From the UHGV virus genome UHGV-0125199: a DNA stretch of 64,000 bases, one strand, 5' to 3'. A program made the position numbers and the translations under genes. The DNA is from a virus. Under the pieces are notes generated by a model. It had not been told where the DNA came from. It ran no database searches and saw nothing but the letters and a program-made list of their open reading frames with translations. Shown here one piece after another: positions 41,149 through 52,029 of this stretch (positions within the stretch are counted from its first letter, which is position 1; each line of letters starts with the position of its first letter).

Positions 41149-41547
41149 TTACTTATTTTGGAATATCTTTGTTCCAACTCCTTCGACTTCAACTTGACAA
41201 ACTGCTTGTCTTACAAAAAATTTATCGCAGCACTTATTAAACCATTTCTCAATTTCATCAAAGTTTCCATAATCTCTCAAATCGCCAAATACTGACACAG
41301 TTGTTGAAGCCATACATGATTTATCAGGATTATGCCATATGCTCATCTCCAACGTTCCTTCTGATCCCATTGGAAGATATTTATGTTTGTCTTTTACCTC
41401 ATAATTCTCATCATATTCAATATTGCTCATACCTCTGTAATCAACTTGTTTTCCAAAGATATCAATAATTTCTTCATCTGGTATTTCGCCAATACTATTT
41501 AATCGGAAACTTGCATTCACATGTGTCCACTGACTCATAATTTTCAC
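41149..41547 (-). CDS. hypothetical protein
   Basis: ORF. Confidence 0.3.
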   Translation of the reverse strand: MKIMSQWTHVNASFRLNSIGEIPDEEIIDIFGKQVDYRGMSNIEYDENYEVKDKHKYLPMGSEGTLEMSIWHNPDKSCMASTTVSVFGDLRDYGNFDEIEKWFNKCCDKFFVRQAVCQVEVEGVGTKIFQNK

Positions 41548-41824
41548 CTCTTAAAATTAACCTTTCATATATTTGCTCAAACAACAAGTGTCTTTTCCAA
41601 TATTTTTGTCATCATTCTGATATATAATTTTTTCCACCACGTAAGCTTTATACCCAAATAATCTTCTACAAAATCTTCTGTTCTCATGTTTCTAAATTTC
41701 AATATTAGTGAAACTTTTTCATCATTTACATTCAATCTCAATTCACCATAGTAGCTGCGCAGCTTTACTCACATGTGAACGTTTGTCCTTCCTTTTGTTT
41801 TATAATTACTGTTTAAATATTCTC

Positions 41825-42166
41825 TTACAAATTAAAAAGTTTATAGTCTTCCCACTGATATCCACTTCCACACGGAACAATATTCAAATACAATTGAGAA
41901 ATAGTCGTGTTATTCGCATCAATCCACGCTTTTCTCCATCTATATCCTCTTGCTCCGGCATTAGGATTAATTATGATCCACTCTTCGCCGTCACTAAATC
42001 TTATTTCTGAACGGATATAGTCTGATTTTGAAATACGTTTAAATACAGTTTCAATCCCAGATTCGTTTTTCTCGTTTTCAATTTCTAATAATTTATTTAT
42101 TCCAACTTCTATATCACTCGTATAGATAATACATTTTACGATTTGATTACTACATGCTCCTTTCAC
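41825..42166 (-). CDS. hypothetical protein
   Basis: ORF with AAAGGAG RBS. Confidence 0.3.
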   Translation of the reverse strand: MKGACSNQIVKCIIYTSDIEVGINKLLEIENEKNESGIETVFKRISKSDYIRSEIRFSDGEEWIIINPNAGARGYRWRKAWIDANNTTISQLYLNIVPCGSGYQWEDYKLFNL

Positions 42167-42328
42167 TTAATTTATCCTCCACTCCTTCCCATGTAAATTG
42201 ACTTGTAATAAACTCATGGGTATATTTTTCCCCCAAGTTGTTTTATAATCAGTACGCATAAATTTGCCCATTTCGATTAAAGCATCGACAACTTTATTGA
42301 TATTAATTTCTATCATTTTCTTCTCCAT
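42167..42328 (-). CDS. small hypothetical protein (53 aa; not in the ORF track)
   Basis: ATG ORF 'MEKKMIEINI...HGKEWRIN*' abutting the next gene. Confidence 0.25.
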   Translation of the reverse strand: MEKKMIEININKVVDALIEMGKFMRTDYKTTWGKNIPMSLLQVNLHGKEWRIN

Positions 42329-42542
42329 TTGAAACGTGAGTTTCAATCAAATATCTCTGCAATATAATTATCTTTTTGAACTGTTGTTATTGTATTGCTA
42401 CATCCGTCTGTCCTAAATGTATATTCTCTCATATTGCATCTGCGCTCTTTTATTATTCCGGATTCGTATTCTTTTCGTATCTTCTTTGCATATTCTGTTC
42501 TTTGATATTTAAGACAGAAATATTCTTTCCCACAAACAGATT

Positions 42543-44237
42543 TTACTCTGTCTGTGGATTTATAAAATTTCCGGAATTAATATCCTCATATAACCTATCA
42601 AGTGCAATCTCAAATGCGCCAACACCTGAGAAAAAACTACTCAATTTCAAATTATCAAACAAATAAGGCATAGCTTTATAAAGCTCTACATATATGTAAT
42701 AAAGAACATCTACCACAATTGAATTGCCTGCCTGCTTATACAATTGACTATTTGAAACTCCTACTTTGTGTGCTGCGTCAAAATCTTTATCAGAAAATCC
42801 CATAAGTCTGAAGCACTCCTTTGGAGTTAGTTTGCGAATACGGATTGGAGATTCAATCTTACAAATACCAGTTTCTGTCGCAGTAATAGTTGGACTAATA
42901 TTCCCATCATCCTGGACTCTACCTCTTCTCGTTTTGCTATCTGGATAAGACAAATCTGCAACACCACCAATTTCACATTCGATATATCCCTGTTTTGTTG
43001 CTTGTTTGATTGCAACTTTGTTTCCTTCTCCTTTATTCGTAGTTAATGTTGGAGACAATCCATTTTCCGAATAAACAGACCCATTCATACCATTACCAGA
43101 TGGGTTGATATTCCCAATTTTTAGAACAGCAGTTCCTTCAGATTTTCTGTTGCTAATTCCTCTATCCTCTCTCGCTGCAATGCAATTTGCATATTCGATT
43201 AACTCTGGTTTATTATATGATTTATCAATTCCACATAATACATGTGGCTGTCTTCCACCACCTTGCATAGTCGTTAAAGTAGGACTAATATGACTATCAT
43301 CCCACACGCCTCCGGCATATCCTGTTCCGAAATCTTCTCGATTTACATTTCCAATAAATTTAGGTTGGTCAATTTCTACAACTCTTTTATCACCACATGA
43401 ATCAATTGTTCTTAATGCACCACATACATCATTTTTATAAGTTCGAAGCCCCTCATCTTCTCTTTCTTCACACACAAATTTATCATTTTGACTTTTCTCA
43501 TATTTACTTTCAATACTCGATATAAATTTTTGGGTTTTCTCATCAGAAATATAGAACTTCTCATCGACTTCATCTTCCAATAAATCCTTCAATCTTAATC
43601 CATTATCAAAAGGTTCTGGAAATTCAAACTTACCATTATCCAAATCCTTTTTAATAAATAACAGATACACACGTTCTCTGTTCTGTGGAATTCCATAATT
43701 TTTAGCATTCAGAACCTTCCAATATACGTTATATCCATATTCTTCTAATTCATCAGTAAATAATTTAAATGTTGTGTCTTTAAACTGTTTTCCAACGATA
43801 TTCTTTACATTTTCATAAATTCCAAAATTAGGTCTATTTGATCTAACTACTCGTAAATATTCAACAAGAAGAGATGATCTTGTCTTTTCAATATTTTTAC
43901 TTCCACAATTCGGACAACAATCTCTTTTACTCCAATGAACTGTTAATGGATTATATTCAAAATGCTTTCCATTATCATCCACACAATCTTTACAAGTCCA
44001 CACAGAGCCTTTTTGTTTACCAGCCACACTGAAATCCTGGCACGGTGATCCTCCACAAATCATATTAAAATTATCTAACTCAGTTTCATCAACCTTTGTA
44101 ATATCGCCAAGATTTTTACTTTCATCAACATTATGAATAGCACAATAACTTTTTGTTGCATATTTATCAAATTCACAAAAATTTACAAGTTCCCACTGTT
44201 TATCTGAATTATATTTTTTATCCTTATTTTCTACCAT
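42543..44237 (-). CDS. DNA (cytosine-5)-methyltransferase, apparently circularly permuted (motif I at C-terminus), with Zn-ribbon insertion
   Basis: PCQDFS (IV), YENVKN (VI), QNRERVY (VIII), 'RKLTPKECFRLMGF' (IX), 'GNSIVVDVL' (X), then C-terminal 'FFSGVGAFE' (motif I). N-terminus starts at motif II 'CEFDKYATKSY' with in-frame TAA and AGAGG RBS just upstream. Confidence 0.8.
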   Translation of the reverse strand: MVENKDKKYNSDKQWELVNFCEFDKYATKSYCAIHNVDESKNLGDITKVDETELDNFNMICGGSPCQDFSVAGKQKGSVWTCKDCVDDNGKHFEYNPLTVHWSKRDCCPNCGSKNIEKTRSSLLVEYLRVVRSNRPNFGIYENVKNIVGKQFKDTTFKLFTDELEEYGYNVYWKVLNAKNYGIPQNRERVYLLFIKKDLDNGKFEFPEPFDNGLRLKDLLEDEVDEKFYISDEKTQKFISSIESKYEKSQNDKFVCEEREDEGLRTYKNDVCGALRTIDSCGDKRVVEIDQPKFIGNVNREDFGTGYAGGVWDDSHISPTLTTMQGGGRQPHVLCGIDKSYNKPELIEYANCIAAREDRGISNRKSEGTAVLKIGNINPSGNGMNGSVYSENGLSPTLTTNKGEGNKVAIKQATKQGYIECEIGGVADLSYPDSKTRRGRVQDDGNISPTITATETGICKIESPIRIRKLTPKECFRLMGFSDKDFDAAHKVGVSNSQLYKQAGNSIVVDVLYYIYVELYKAMPYLFDNLKLSSFFSGVGAFEIALDRLYEDINSGNFINPQTE

Positions 44238-44384
44238 TTACCTCTATATAAGAGGTGTGTACACACATTTTACCTAGGATTACTCATTTGTCCTTTCTTA
44301 AATATCTATGTAATAAGACCATTTGCAACTGATCTGATTCAAATGAAAAATATATTTCAAATGACGTTCGCGACCGTCAATATA

Positions 44385-44762
44385 TTATTCTCTGTTGCTA
44401 TTTATTTTTTTCAGAATTTTATTTAACAATTCTGTAACTTCATCAAAATCACCACTTAATGATTCACCTGTTGTTTTAATTTGATAATTCCATTCATCCT
44501 TACGAGCCAATTCAATAGGTCTTCCATAATATAAAACAGTTCCTTGAGCCACTGTTACATCTTCATACTTTGAATAATAATCTTCTTTCAGAATCTTTAA
44601 CTGTTTCTGGCATCCTTTGTTGTATGATTTAACTTTTGGATCAAACAATGAAACATACTTATCTTTCCCATAATTAATTGGTTTGAATTTGTTTACAACA
44701 AGTAGAACTCCATCTGTTATTCTATATAAATCTTGATATTCTGTTTCTGCTAATACCTGCAA
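44385..44762 (-). CDS. hypothetical protein
   Basis: ORF. Confidence 0.3.
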   Translation of the reverse strand: MQVLAETEYQDLYRITDGVLLVVNKFKPINYGKDKYVSLFDPKVKSYNKGCQKQLKILKEDYYSKYEDVTVAQGTVLYYGRPIELARKDEWNYQIKTTGESLSGDFDEVTELLNKILKKINSNRE

Positions 44763-44840
44763 ATTTTATACGACCAAATCTCGCAATTTAATTCCCACTT
44801 ATTTAATTCAAATTCTGTTGTCTTTGAAACCATGAAAAAA

Positions 44841-45035
44841 TTATTCATCTACTTTTCTTCCACAAATAGGGCAATAATTGATTTCAAGCTGCTTATTTCT
44901 CCATGGTTCTGGAATCATCCCCAATGGTCTTTCTATATCCAAAGCGTAATATTTCCTGTTGTCTATATCTTCACATTCATACATGTTAATTTCCTTTAAT
45001 TTTGGACTTATACGATTGCAAAATTCACAACACAT
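44841..45035 (-). CDS. Zn-ribbon protein
   Basis: 'CCEFCN...CPICG'. Confidence 0.3.
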   Translation of the reverse strand: MCCEFCNRISPKLKEINMYECEDIDNRKYYALDIERPLGMIPEPWRNKQLEINYCPICGRKVDE

Positions 45036-45055
45036 TATTTACATCACCACCCTTT

Positions 45056-45745
45056 CTAAAATCCAGTTTGATAAGTTTCAAAATTTATATTTCCTTTTCC
45101 AACAACACTTACAGAATTATCTTCCCATTTTTCACCTTTACTGTAAAACTTCGTGTCATCTTCATACACACCTTCTGTATGGATAACTTCAAAATCAATT
45201 TCTCCATCAAAGTCTTTAATCAATGTGGTTGTCCATGGACGCTCAATATGATAATTAAAGTCTGGATTATACTTCAAAACTTCATCTAGTAAAAATACTC
45301 CAACCATCCCAGCATCTGCACAGAACTCTCCAAGCTTTTCATGCGTATCAGAATTATAAGTTGTGCAAGACCAATCACCATACAACGTATCTCTACAGAT
45401 ATAGTTTTTAATCCCTAACTCTTCCATGTCTTCTCCATAGTTGCATAGTTTCCAATCATCAACATTATTTTTTCTATATTCCTGAATGGCTGCTTCATAT
45501 TTTTTATTCTCTTCTTCATACTGTTCAGATTTATGAACCCATTCTTCTAATAAAAACTCTTTTGGAAAACCAGTATCTTCTTCTAACGCTTTAATTTCGT
45601 TTTCATCCATTTTTCTGTAATCTGGATAATATTTCTCTCTACTATGAGAAAAATAATCTTTTGCTTTAGGATATTCTCCTACCTCTTTCTTTTCTTTGCA
45701 GATATAACATGGATCTGTGATAATAATATTTCCTTTAAATCTCAT
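45056..45745 (-). CDS. hypothetical protein
   Basis: 229-aa ORF. Confidence 0.3.
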   Translation of the reverse strand: MRFKGNIIITDPCYICKEKKEVGEYPKAKDYFSHSREKYYPDYRKMDENEIKALEEDTGFPKEFLLEEWVHKSEQYEEENKKYEAAIQEYRKNNVDDWKLCNYGEDMEELGIKNYICRDTLYGDWSCTTYNSDTHEKLGEFCADAGMVGVFLLDEVLKYNPDFNYHIERPWTTTLIKDFDGEIDFEVIHTEGVYEDDTKFYSKGEKWEDNSVSVVGKGNINFETYQTGF

Positions 45746-46020
45746 CTTCTCTCCTTCTCACACCATTCAAAAAAGTCATACATACCGTGATTTCTAATAC
45801 CATCTGATTTTCTTTTCAAAAACGGTATTAACTCATGCATAAAACTATTTACCCCACCAATATTCAATTCATAAACATAATTTGAGAGCGCATAAAAGAT
45901 ATACTCTGCAACATCTTTTCTACCGGCTGCTCTTGATTCCGCTTTCATTTCATCAAGTTCTTCTTCTGATAGCTCGTAAAACACCTTAGAACTAACAACA
46001 TTTTTCTCTATCTTTTTCAA
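45742..46020 (-). CDS. hypothetical protein
   Basis: ORF, overlapping start. Confidence 0.3.
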   Translation of the reverse strand: MKKIEKNVVSSKVFYELSEEELDEMKAESRAAGRKDVAEYIFYALSNYVYELNIGGVNSFMHELIPFLKRKSDGIRNHGMYDFFEWCEKERR

Positions 46021-46071
46021 AACAAAAATTACCTCAACATACTATTTGAAAATTGTATTTTATCAGTCATG

Positions 46072-46659
46072 TTATTCTTCTTTCAGTTTACTAATCTGTT
46101 CTTCCAATTCTTTAATTTGCATCTGTTTTCTTCTGGTGGCATAATTTTTAAAAAACTTATCATATGTATTTTTATAATGAACATATGCCTCATCTCCATT
46201 ATCCACTGAATAATACAATGCGTGATTCAACACATCTTCGTATTTAGGTTTTACATTATGTAGCTCTTTATAAAACTCTTCAAAATATTCAACATCATAA
46301 TAATCGCCAAAAATATAACCTCCAGTTGGGAAAGATATTTTTAATAATTCTTCCTCGTCAATATCACCATAATTTGTAATATTTTTAAAACTGAAAATTC
46401 CTATTCCATATTCAATTTCTTTAAAACCTTTATACGCCATAACATTTTTATCAATGTTCCATTTTTTGTATTTATATGCAATACTCAATAACTTCTTCGT
46501 TAGAGCATATAAGTCTGACAAGTCACTGTTATATATCCCTTTATTAAATCCATTTTCTTCTAAAATCTGCTGTACTTCTATCAGTACGTCTAATACTTTT
46601 AAATACTCTTCTTTGTAACTTTTCATTTTATTTTTCACCTCATGAAGCAGACATTTCAT
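46072..46659 (-). CDS. hypothetical protein
   Basis: ORF. Confidence 0.3.
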   Translation of the reverse strand: MKCLLHEVKNKMKSYKEEYLKVLDVLIEVQQILEENGFNKGIYNSDLSDLYALTKKLLSIAYKYKKWNIDKNVMAYKGFKEIEYGIGIFSFKNITNYGDIDEEELLKISFPTGGYIFGDYYDVEYFEEFYKELHNVKPKYEDVLNHALYYSVDNGDEAYVHYKNTYDKFFKNYATRRKQMQIKELEEQISKLKEE

Positions 46660-46750
46660 CTACAGCAGTATCCATTCCATATTTAACGCCTGGTTTTAAA
46701 TCTGGTCGCACTCTGACTTGATTACCAACTTTATATTTCATGCGTCTCTC

Positions 46751-47590
46751 CTATTCTTCAAACTCTGTTTCTTCTGTTACCGTTGAATTGTCACAAATTG
46801 TTACCATTGTATTTTCATTTGGAATAATGGTCACTTCTTCATCTTTCAAATTCCAAAACGAAATCTGGTGCCCTTCTCCATGCAACAATTCACCATCCCA
46901 CTGAAGAATGTCTGTTGACAATTCAACTTTTCCAGGAAGAAGTGTCATTAACTTTGCTCTCTTGCCTGTATAATCAATATTCTCTACCAATGACCTGATT
47001 TCCGGATAAATTTCACACACTCTTGTATACATATCAGGCATAAATCTTTTAAGTTGATCACAGAACTTTGGGATATATTCTTTCTGATAAGAAGATATTT
47101 CTCCGCCCATGAGTGCATATGGTCTATATTTAATAAGTTCCACAATAAATTCAGGTGTAAAATCTTCTTTCTTAATCATGTCATTATCTACAAAGAAATC
47201 ACTATTTCGAATCGGATTATTATATCCATTAAGATGTGGCAATCCAAGATAAACATAATCTCCAATTTCGCATACAAAATTTAATGGTTTTAACGCATAT
47301 TCAACATCTCCGTATTTTCCTTTATATTCCATTACTAAACATCCACATTTCCGCGCTGCTTTTGTAAACCCTTCTTTCTTTTCAATTGTGCCGTAAGGAC
47401 ACTTATGCCGCCATAATCCATTCAGCATCACACAACATTTGCGCTTATAAGCATCGCAATTTTCGCAATTATTACACTTATAAACAGAAATACGTTCTCT
47501 GTCACTTTTTCCAGATTTAAAAATGCTGGTTCTCGGATTATAATATGTAAAATTAATTGGCTTGTACTCTTCTATAATAATCACTCCCAC
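46751..47590 (-). CDS. hypothetical Cys-rich protein
   Basis: 'CNNCENCDAYKRKCC' cluster. Confidence 0.3.
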   Translation of the reverse strand: MGVIIIEEYKPINFTYYNPRTSIFKSGKSDRERISVYKCNNCENCDAYKRKCCVMLNGLWRHKCPYGTIEKKEGFTKAARKCGCLVMEYKGKYGDVEYALKPLNFVCEIGDYVYLGLPHLNGYNNPIRNSDFFVDNDMIKKEDFTPEFIVELIKYRPYALMGGEISSYQKEYIPKFCDQLKRFMPDMYTRVCEIYPEIRSLVENIDYTGKRAKLMTLLPGKVELSTDILQWDGELLHGEGHQISFWNLKDEEVTIIPNENTMVTICDNSTVTEETEFEE

Positions 47591-47694
47591 CTATATTTAA
47601 TTTTGTAAATTTGGAATCCATGCTTGACTAAACATGTAAAGATATGTAATATATTAGTTGCGTTGGATTCCTAATTGTCCAATGTATTGTGTTT

Positions 47695-48057
47695 TCAGAC
47701 ACCCATCAAAGTTTGGTCGCGGAGATGAGTGTCTGTTTTATTATTCACTTGTCTTCTATGTTTCATTATGTATCTTCTTCTGGATACTTCTCTCAGAGCA
47801 TATCCATCATGCAATCTTCTGTAATTATTTGTAATACCATATAACATTTGATAGAGTTTCTTTGTATTCAAATACTTAAGTTCAAATGTGAAAGTTGTGT
47901 CTTCAAATTCTAATCTTCTAAAATTTGATTTATCATTATTACAGTCTTCTTTTTCATATTCAATTGATATAGAAGCGTTTTCTATATTTATTTTCTTACC
48001 AGTTTCCAGATTGATGAAACTTGCATCTCCAATTTTATACGTGTTAATATTTTCCAC
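47695..48057 (-). CDS. hypothetical protein
   Basis: ORF. Confidence 0.3.
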   Translation of the reverse strand: MENINTYKIGDASFINLETGKKINIENASISIEYEKEDCNNDKSNFRRLEFEDTTFTFELKYLNTKKLYQMLYGITNNYRRLHDGYALREVSRRRYIMKHRRQVNNKTDTHLRDQTLMGV

Positions 48058-48059
48058 CT

Positions 48060-48470
48060 CTATTCTTCCGGAAATATCAATGTTCTTCCGACAAATCGTT
48101 TCAGTCGCTCATTAATGTCTTTAGAAAAGCAATTATTCTTCGACATAGCATAAGCGTCAATGCAACACTCTACAATTACATTTCTATCATCAAATTTAAT
48201 ACATCCAATTGTTGATCCTGGCATACGAATTACAATTGTGTTGCCCCAAATGCTTCTTGAGTCATATATGTAACATAAAGAATATGGATGAACATCTCCA
48301 AAATTATATCTAACATTGTTGTTAAGATATTCTGTAATTTCGCATACACATTCTTCAGCAATTATGTTTGGTTTTCTTTTAGTTAAAATAATTTCATCAC
48401 CGATGTTACCACCTCCAAAAATTGAAATCACGGTTTCATATTTTAAACTTACGAATATCATGAATACCAT
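48060..48470 (-). CDS. hypothetical protein
   Basis: ORF. Confidence 0.3.
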   Translation of the reverse strand: MVFMIFVSLKYETVISIFGGGNIGDEIILTKRKPNIIAEECVCEITEYLNNNVRYNFGDVHPYSLCYIYDSRSIWGNTIVIRMPGSTIGCIKFDDRNVIVECCIDAYAMSKNNCFSKDINERLKRFVGRTLIFPEE

Positions 48471-48940
48471 TTAGGAACTTCTCTGTATGCTTTTACAACA
48501 TCTGCATATCCTAAATCAGATAATAATTTTAATAGTGTATTATCCGCGTGTTCCTGATATTTTATTGATCTACATTCTTTTAATATCTCTATATATTTAT
48601 CAGATAGTCCTTTTATAAAAGTAGATTTTTCATTTTTACTAAAATGCTCTGTTTCATGATCAAAAATCCATTCACCGACTTCATCAATATCACAATATGA
48701 ATAAAACCCGAAGTAGTCTGCGCCATATTGTAAATCAGATAATTCTTCTTCTGAATGAAGAATAATTCTTTCACAATTATCATATGCATCTTCATCCAAG
48801 AGATCTGTTATTTTTTCTCCGTCTTTATTGTAGGCTTCAATTGTTTGAAGATGTGGATGTTTCAACTCAAATTCATGATGTTCGCATTCATACTCATCTT
48901 CAAACTGTTTTCCATCGTCTGCAATATATACTGTTCTCAT
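48458..48940 (-). CDS. hypothetical protein
   Basis: ORF. Confidence 0.3.
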   Translation of the reverse strand: MRTVYIADDGKQFEDEYECEHHEFELKHPHLQTIEAYNKDGEKITDLLDEDAYDNCERIILHSEEELSDLQYGADYFGFYSYCDIDEVGEWIFDHETEHFSKNEKSTFIKGLSDKYIEILKECRSIKYQEHADNTLLKLLSDLGYADVVKAYREVPKWYS

Positions 48941-48972
48941 ATTTAATCTACTCCATTATTTTATTTTTGTTA

Positions 48973-49725
48973 TCAACTTTTATCACTCTCGTGTTTAAAA
49001 CTAAACGACGGCATCATTTGCAATTTAAACAAATTCTTTTCGTGCATCTGGTCAATTTTCTTCTTTAATTGTTTATCATCAATTAGACCTGTTCTGATAT
49101 ATTTATCGAGAACATCATATGTAAATCCCAAGTTATCTTCATCTGTTTTATCACAAAGACCATCGGATGGAATTTTCTCAATGAACTCTTTCGGAAGTCC
49201 TAATGCATATCCGACTTCCTTAACTTCCGTAACAGTCAGATTAGACAATGGACTGAAATCACCAACACTATCTCCCCACCTTGTACTATATCCAATCCAA
49301 TCTTCAGATAAATTACATGTATTCGCAACTCTTCCATTTACAGTCTGAGACACAGCATATAATGTAGCCATTCTAATTCGCGCCGGCAGATTGATAGAAG
49401 ACTGTCTGCTCCAGTGATCGTCCAATTCAGACTTCACTTCATGTTTAATATCTCTTACTGCATTGAAAATATTCACCTCAATATTTTCAATTCCAAGATG
49501 ATCAACCACCTTCTTTGCAACATCAATATCTTTTTGTTTACCGTTTGGCATTAGGACTCCAAGCACTCTTTCTTTTCCTAGAGCTTCAACGCAGAGTGCA
49601 GCAACAATCGTCGAATCCTTCCCTCCTGAAATACCAACAACTGCTTTACAACCACTTCCGTTCTCTTTAAAGAAGTTCTGGATCCATTCAATAATTTCAG
49701 TTTTAATTTCATTTGCATTAAACAT
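48973..49725 (-). CDS. nadE: NH3-dependent NAD+ synthetase
   Basis: PP-loop 'VVGISGGKDSTIV'; 250 aa. Confidence 0.85.
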   Translation of the reverse strand: MFNANEIKTEIIEWIQNFFKENGSGCKAVVGISGGKDSTIVAALCVEALGKERVLGVLMPNGKQKDIDVAKKVVDHLGIENIEVNIFNAVRDIKHEVKSELDDHWSRQSSINLPARIRMATLYAVSQTVNGRVANTCNLSEDWIGYSTRWGDSVGDFSPLSNLTVTEVKEVGYALGLPKEFIEKIPSDGLCDKTDEDNLGFTYDVLDKYIRTGLIDDKQLKKKIDQMHEKNLFKLQMMPSFSFKHESDKS

Positions 49726-51215
49726 TAAAATTCTCCTCCATGTAGTCTATCTCTAATTTCTTTTAACGATTGTTCTTTTAATAATTCTCCATCTTTAAAG
49801 ACTGTAATTAACATATTTCCACGTTTTTCATAATCAGTAGCCTGTTTCCATGTAAGCTCATCCTCGTAATAAATACTTCCATCATATCGTGTATATACTC
49901 TGCAGCATCCTTTCTGTGATTTCTTAAAACCACCGTCCTTAGGATTTTTAAAAATTGGAGTAGCTTTTCCATCAATCTCACAATATGTTGCTTTAATACA
50001 AGAACTAAAAGTGTCTCTTGTAAATGGTTTTAATACTCCGTCTTCTTCGATGCACTGAAATGAAAACGACCCAACTCCTAATGCTACATTTGAACACGCA
50101 AATCCATTTTTCATAAGAATTCTGTAAATTTCTTCACATCTCTGTACTGTAATTGAGTCACCGTAAATTGCTTTTACATGTGGATCTAACACTTTATACC
50201 CCTTGCTATTAACTGTCCCACCAAATTCTTCCCATAATTTAAATACAGTTTTTGTTACAACTTCTACACAATCTCCAGAATCTCCACGCATCAACATGCA
50301 TCCGTTATGATTCATGATTTCTGTTTTTAATTGAGGAAGAATATTATCGATGATATTCCAATAATCATAAGAGTCAAGAACTGCTGAAAAACTTGTGTTT
50401 GGATAGATTTCAGTAAGTAATCTTCTTAATAATGTAATCTCGTCTCCATCTACCGCATAATTACTGCACATTACAGAATGTTCTGTGCTAGGACTTCCAT
50501 ATGCAACAGGTTCTTTTGTACAATCACAAAAATAATTCTTTTCAAGATAAGGAATAGTTGGAACGGTTGCTGTATTCAAAAATGATAAACACCACCCAGC
50601 GCCTGCTTTTACCGCTGATTCCAAACACTCTTCTCCCCGGAAGTCAAAGGCACCAAGAGCTTTTGATCTTGGAATATAGTCATCACAAGTTAGACCATAA
50701 TAGTGATTAACGATGCTACGATAGGTCATTCCTACTGTTGCTGCTAACATTGGATGCCACATTTCTGCCGAGATAAGACTTTCTAAACTCTGAGGTAACC
50801 ATGCAAAATCTTTATGTGTATTTGTAATACCAAACATAGGCACATGCATTGGAACAATTGTACCTTCTGGCAATGAAACAATCTCAATTGGCAAATATCC
50901 CAATTTATGTAGACTTTCAATCTTGTCAATTTTATACGCATCCTTACCAAGTGATGCATCCATAATTCTTTTATATTCATAAATAATTTCTTCAAAAGGT
51001 TTGTCAAAAAATTCTTCATTGAAATAATCAATCAGATACGTTTTAATAAACCCCTGTAATCCAAACATTACTACTTTATCCCATCGTTTTACACGACTCA
51101 TTCTAGGAGTAAAATAGGAAACTGATTTTGTAATATTTTCAGGTAGCATTTCTGCATGAACCGCTTTATAAAAGTCAATTAATAACATTGGATTTGTCTT
51201 ATTCGTCATATTCAA
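49725..51215 (-). CDS. Nicotinamide/nicotinate phosphoribosyltransferase (type II PRTase; NAMPT/NadV or PncB family)
   Basis: 496 aa, size and composition typical of NAMPT/PncB. Between prs and nadE. Family-level call only. Confidence 0.65.
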   Translation of the reverse strand: MNMTNKTNPMLLIDFYKAVHAEMLPENITKSVSYFTPRMSRVKRWDKVVMFGLQGFIKTYLIDYFNEEFFDKPFEEIIYEYKRIMDASLGKDAYKIDKIESLHKLGYLPIEIVSLPEGTIVPMHVPMFGITNTHKDFAWLPQSLESLISAEMWHPMLAATVGMTYRSIVNHYYGLTCDDYIPRSKALGAFDFRGEECLESAVKAGAGWCLSFLNTATVPTIPYLEKNYFCDCTKEPVAYGSPSTEHSVMCSNYAVDGDEITLLRRLLTEIYPNTSFSAVLDSYDYWNIIDNILPQLKTEIMNHNGCMLMRGDSGDCVEVVTKTVFKLWEEFGGTVNSKGYKVLDPHVKAIYGDSITVQRCEEIYRILMKNGFACSNVALGVGSFSFQCIEEDGVLKPFTRDTFSSCIKATYCEIDGKATPIFKNPKDGGFKKSQKGCCRVYTRYDGSIYYEDELTWKQATDYEKRGNMLITVFKDGELLKEQSLKEIRDRLHGGEF

Positions 51216-52029
51216 ATACCTCTACTTTCTCATGTTCTTTTGTAAAAATACTATTTGTCGTGAACACTCTGTCAATCAATCCACTACTCAATACTTCTCC
51301 TTCGAGGATTGTATTTTCACAATGAGATACATATAGATAAATCTCCTTTGCTCCCAGTTCCTTTAACTTAATAGCTGAATGATAAAATGTTCCGCCACGA
51401 CTTGAAATATCATCTACAATTAAAATTTTTCTTCCTTTAATCAGATTTGTCATGCCTGAAACATCTAGTCCTTTAATCTCCCCTGTTTCCCAATCGCGCT
51501 TTTTAATACCAAAAGCATAAGGAAGATCAAACATTGTAGAATAACGTTTCATAGCTCCTTCGTCCGGATAGAACATTGTAAGATTATTTGTGCCACCAAT
51601 GTATTCACTTTCAATCGCTTTCCACACATATTTGTCTGGATATTTAATTAAAACTCTATCAATAAGAGCTTCGCTTACAGATGAATGTGGATCTAATACT
51701 GTTACAGAATCAAAATTCAGCCAATTAATAACTTCTGCAAAATACTTTAATGTAAATACATCTTCTGTTGTTTTAACACGATCTTGACGACTGTTTGGAA
51801 TATATGGCATATTCAAGTACAAATTTGTAATACCATGAGAATTAAGGTGTTTGACAATATAAATCAATGTCACCAATTCTTCATTATCTTCAAACAACCA
51901 GGTAATAGTTGCTTCTCTGTAATTTTTAAAATCATAAGAAACATCCTCTTTAAGCAAGAGAGTTCCATCTGGAAATTTCTTTGTATTTACTACTTCTCCA
52001 TTAATTTTAATCATAAGACTTTTCTCCAA
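51199..52029 (-). CDS. prs: Ribose-phosphate pyrophosphokinase (PRPP synthetase)
   Basis: PRPP-binding 'ILIVDDISSRGGTF' motif. Confidence 0.85.
   Translation of the reverse strand: MEKSLMIKINGEVVNTKKFPDGTLLLKEDVSYDFKNYREATITWLFEDNEELVTLIYIVKHLNSHGITNLYLNMPYIPNSRQDRVKTTEDVFTLKYFAEVINWLNFDSVTVLDPHSSVSEALIDRVLIKYPDKYVWKAIESEYIGGTNNLTMFYPDEGAMKRYSTMFDLPYAFGIKKRDWETGEIKGLDVSGMTNLIKGRKILIVDDISSRGGTFYHSAIKLKELGAKEIYLYVSHCENTILEGEVLSSGLIDRVFTTNSIFTKEHEKVEVFEYDE

Noticed and set aside
42376-42666. Possible second methyltransferase downstream of the C-terminal motif I (tandem or fused genes)
   Set aside because: All three downstream minus-strand frames were translated; none shows a continuation of methyltransferase motifs. 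Only short, stop-ridden peptides follow.
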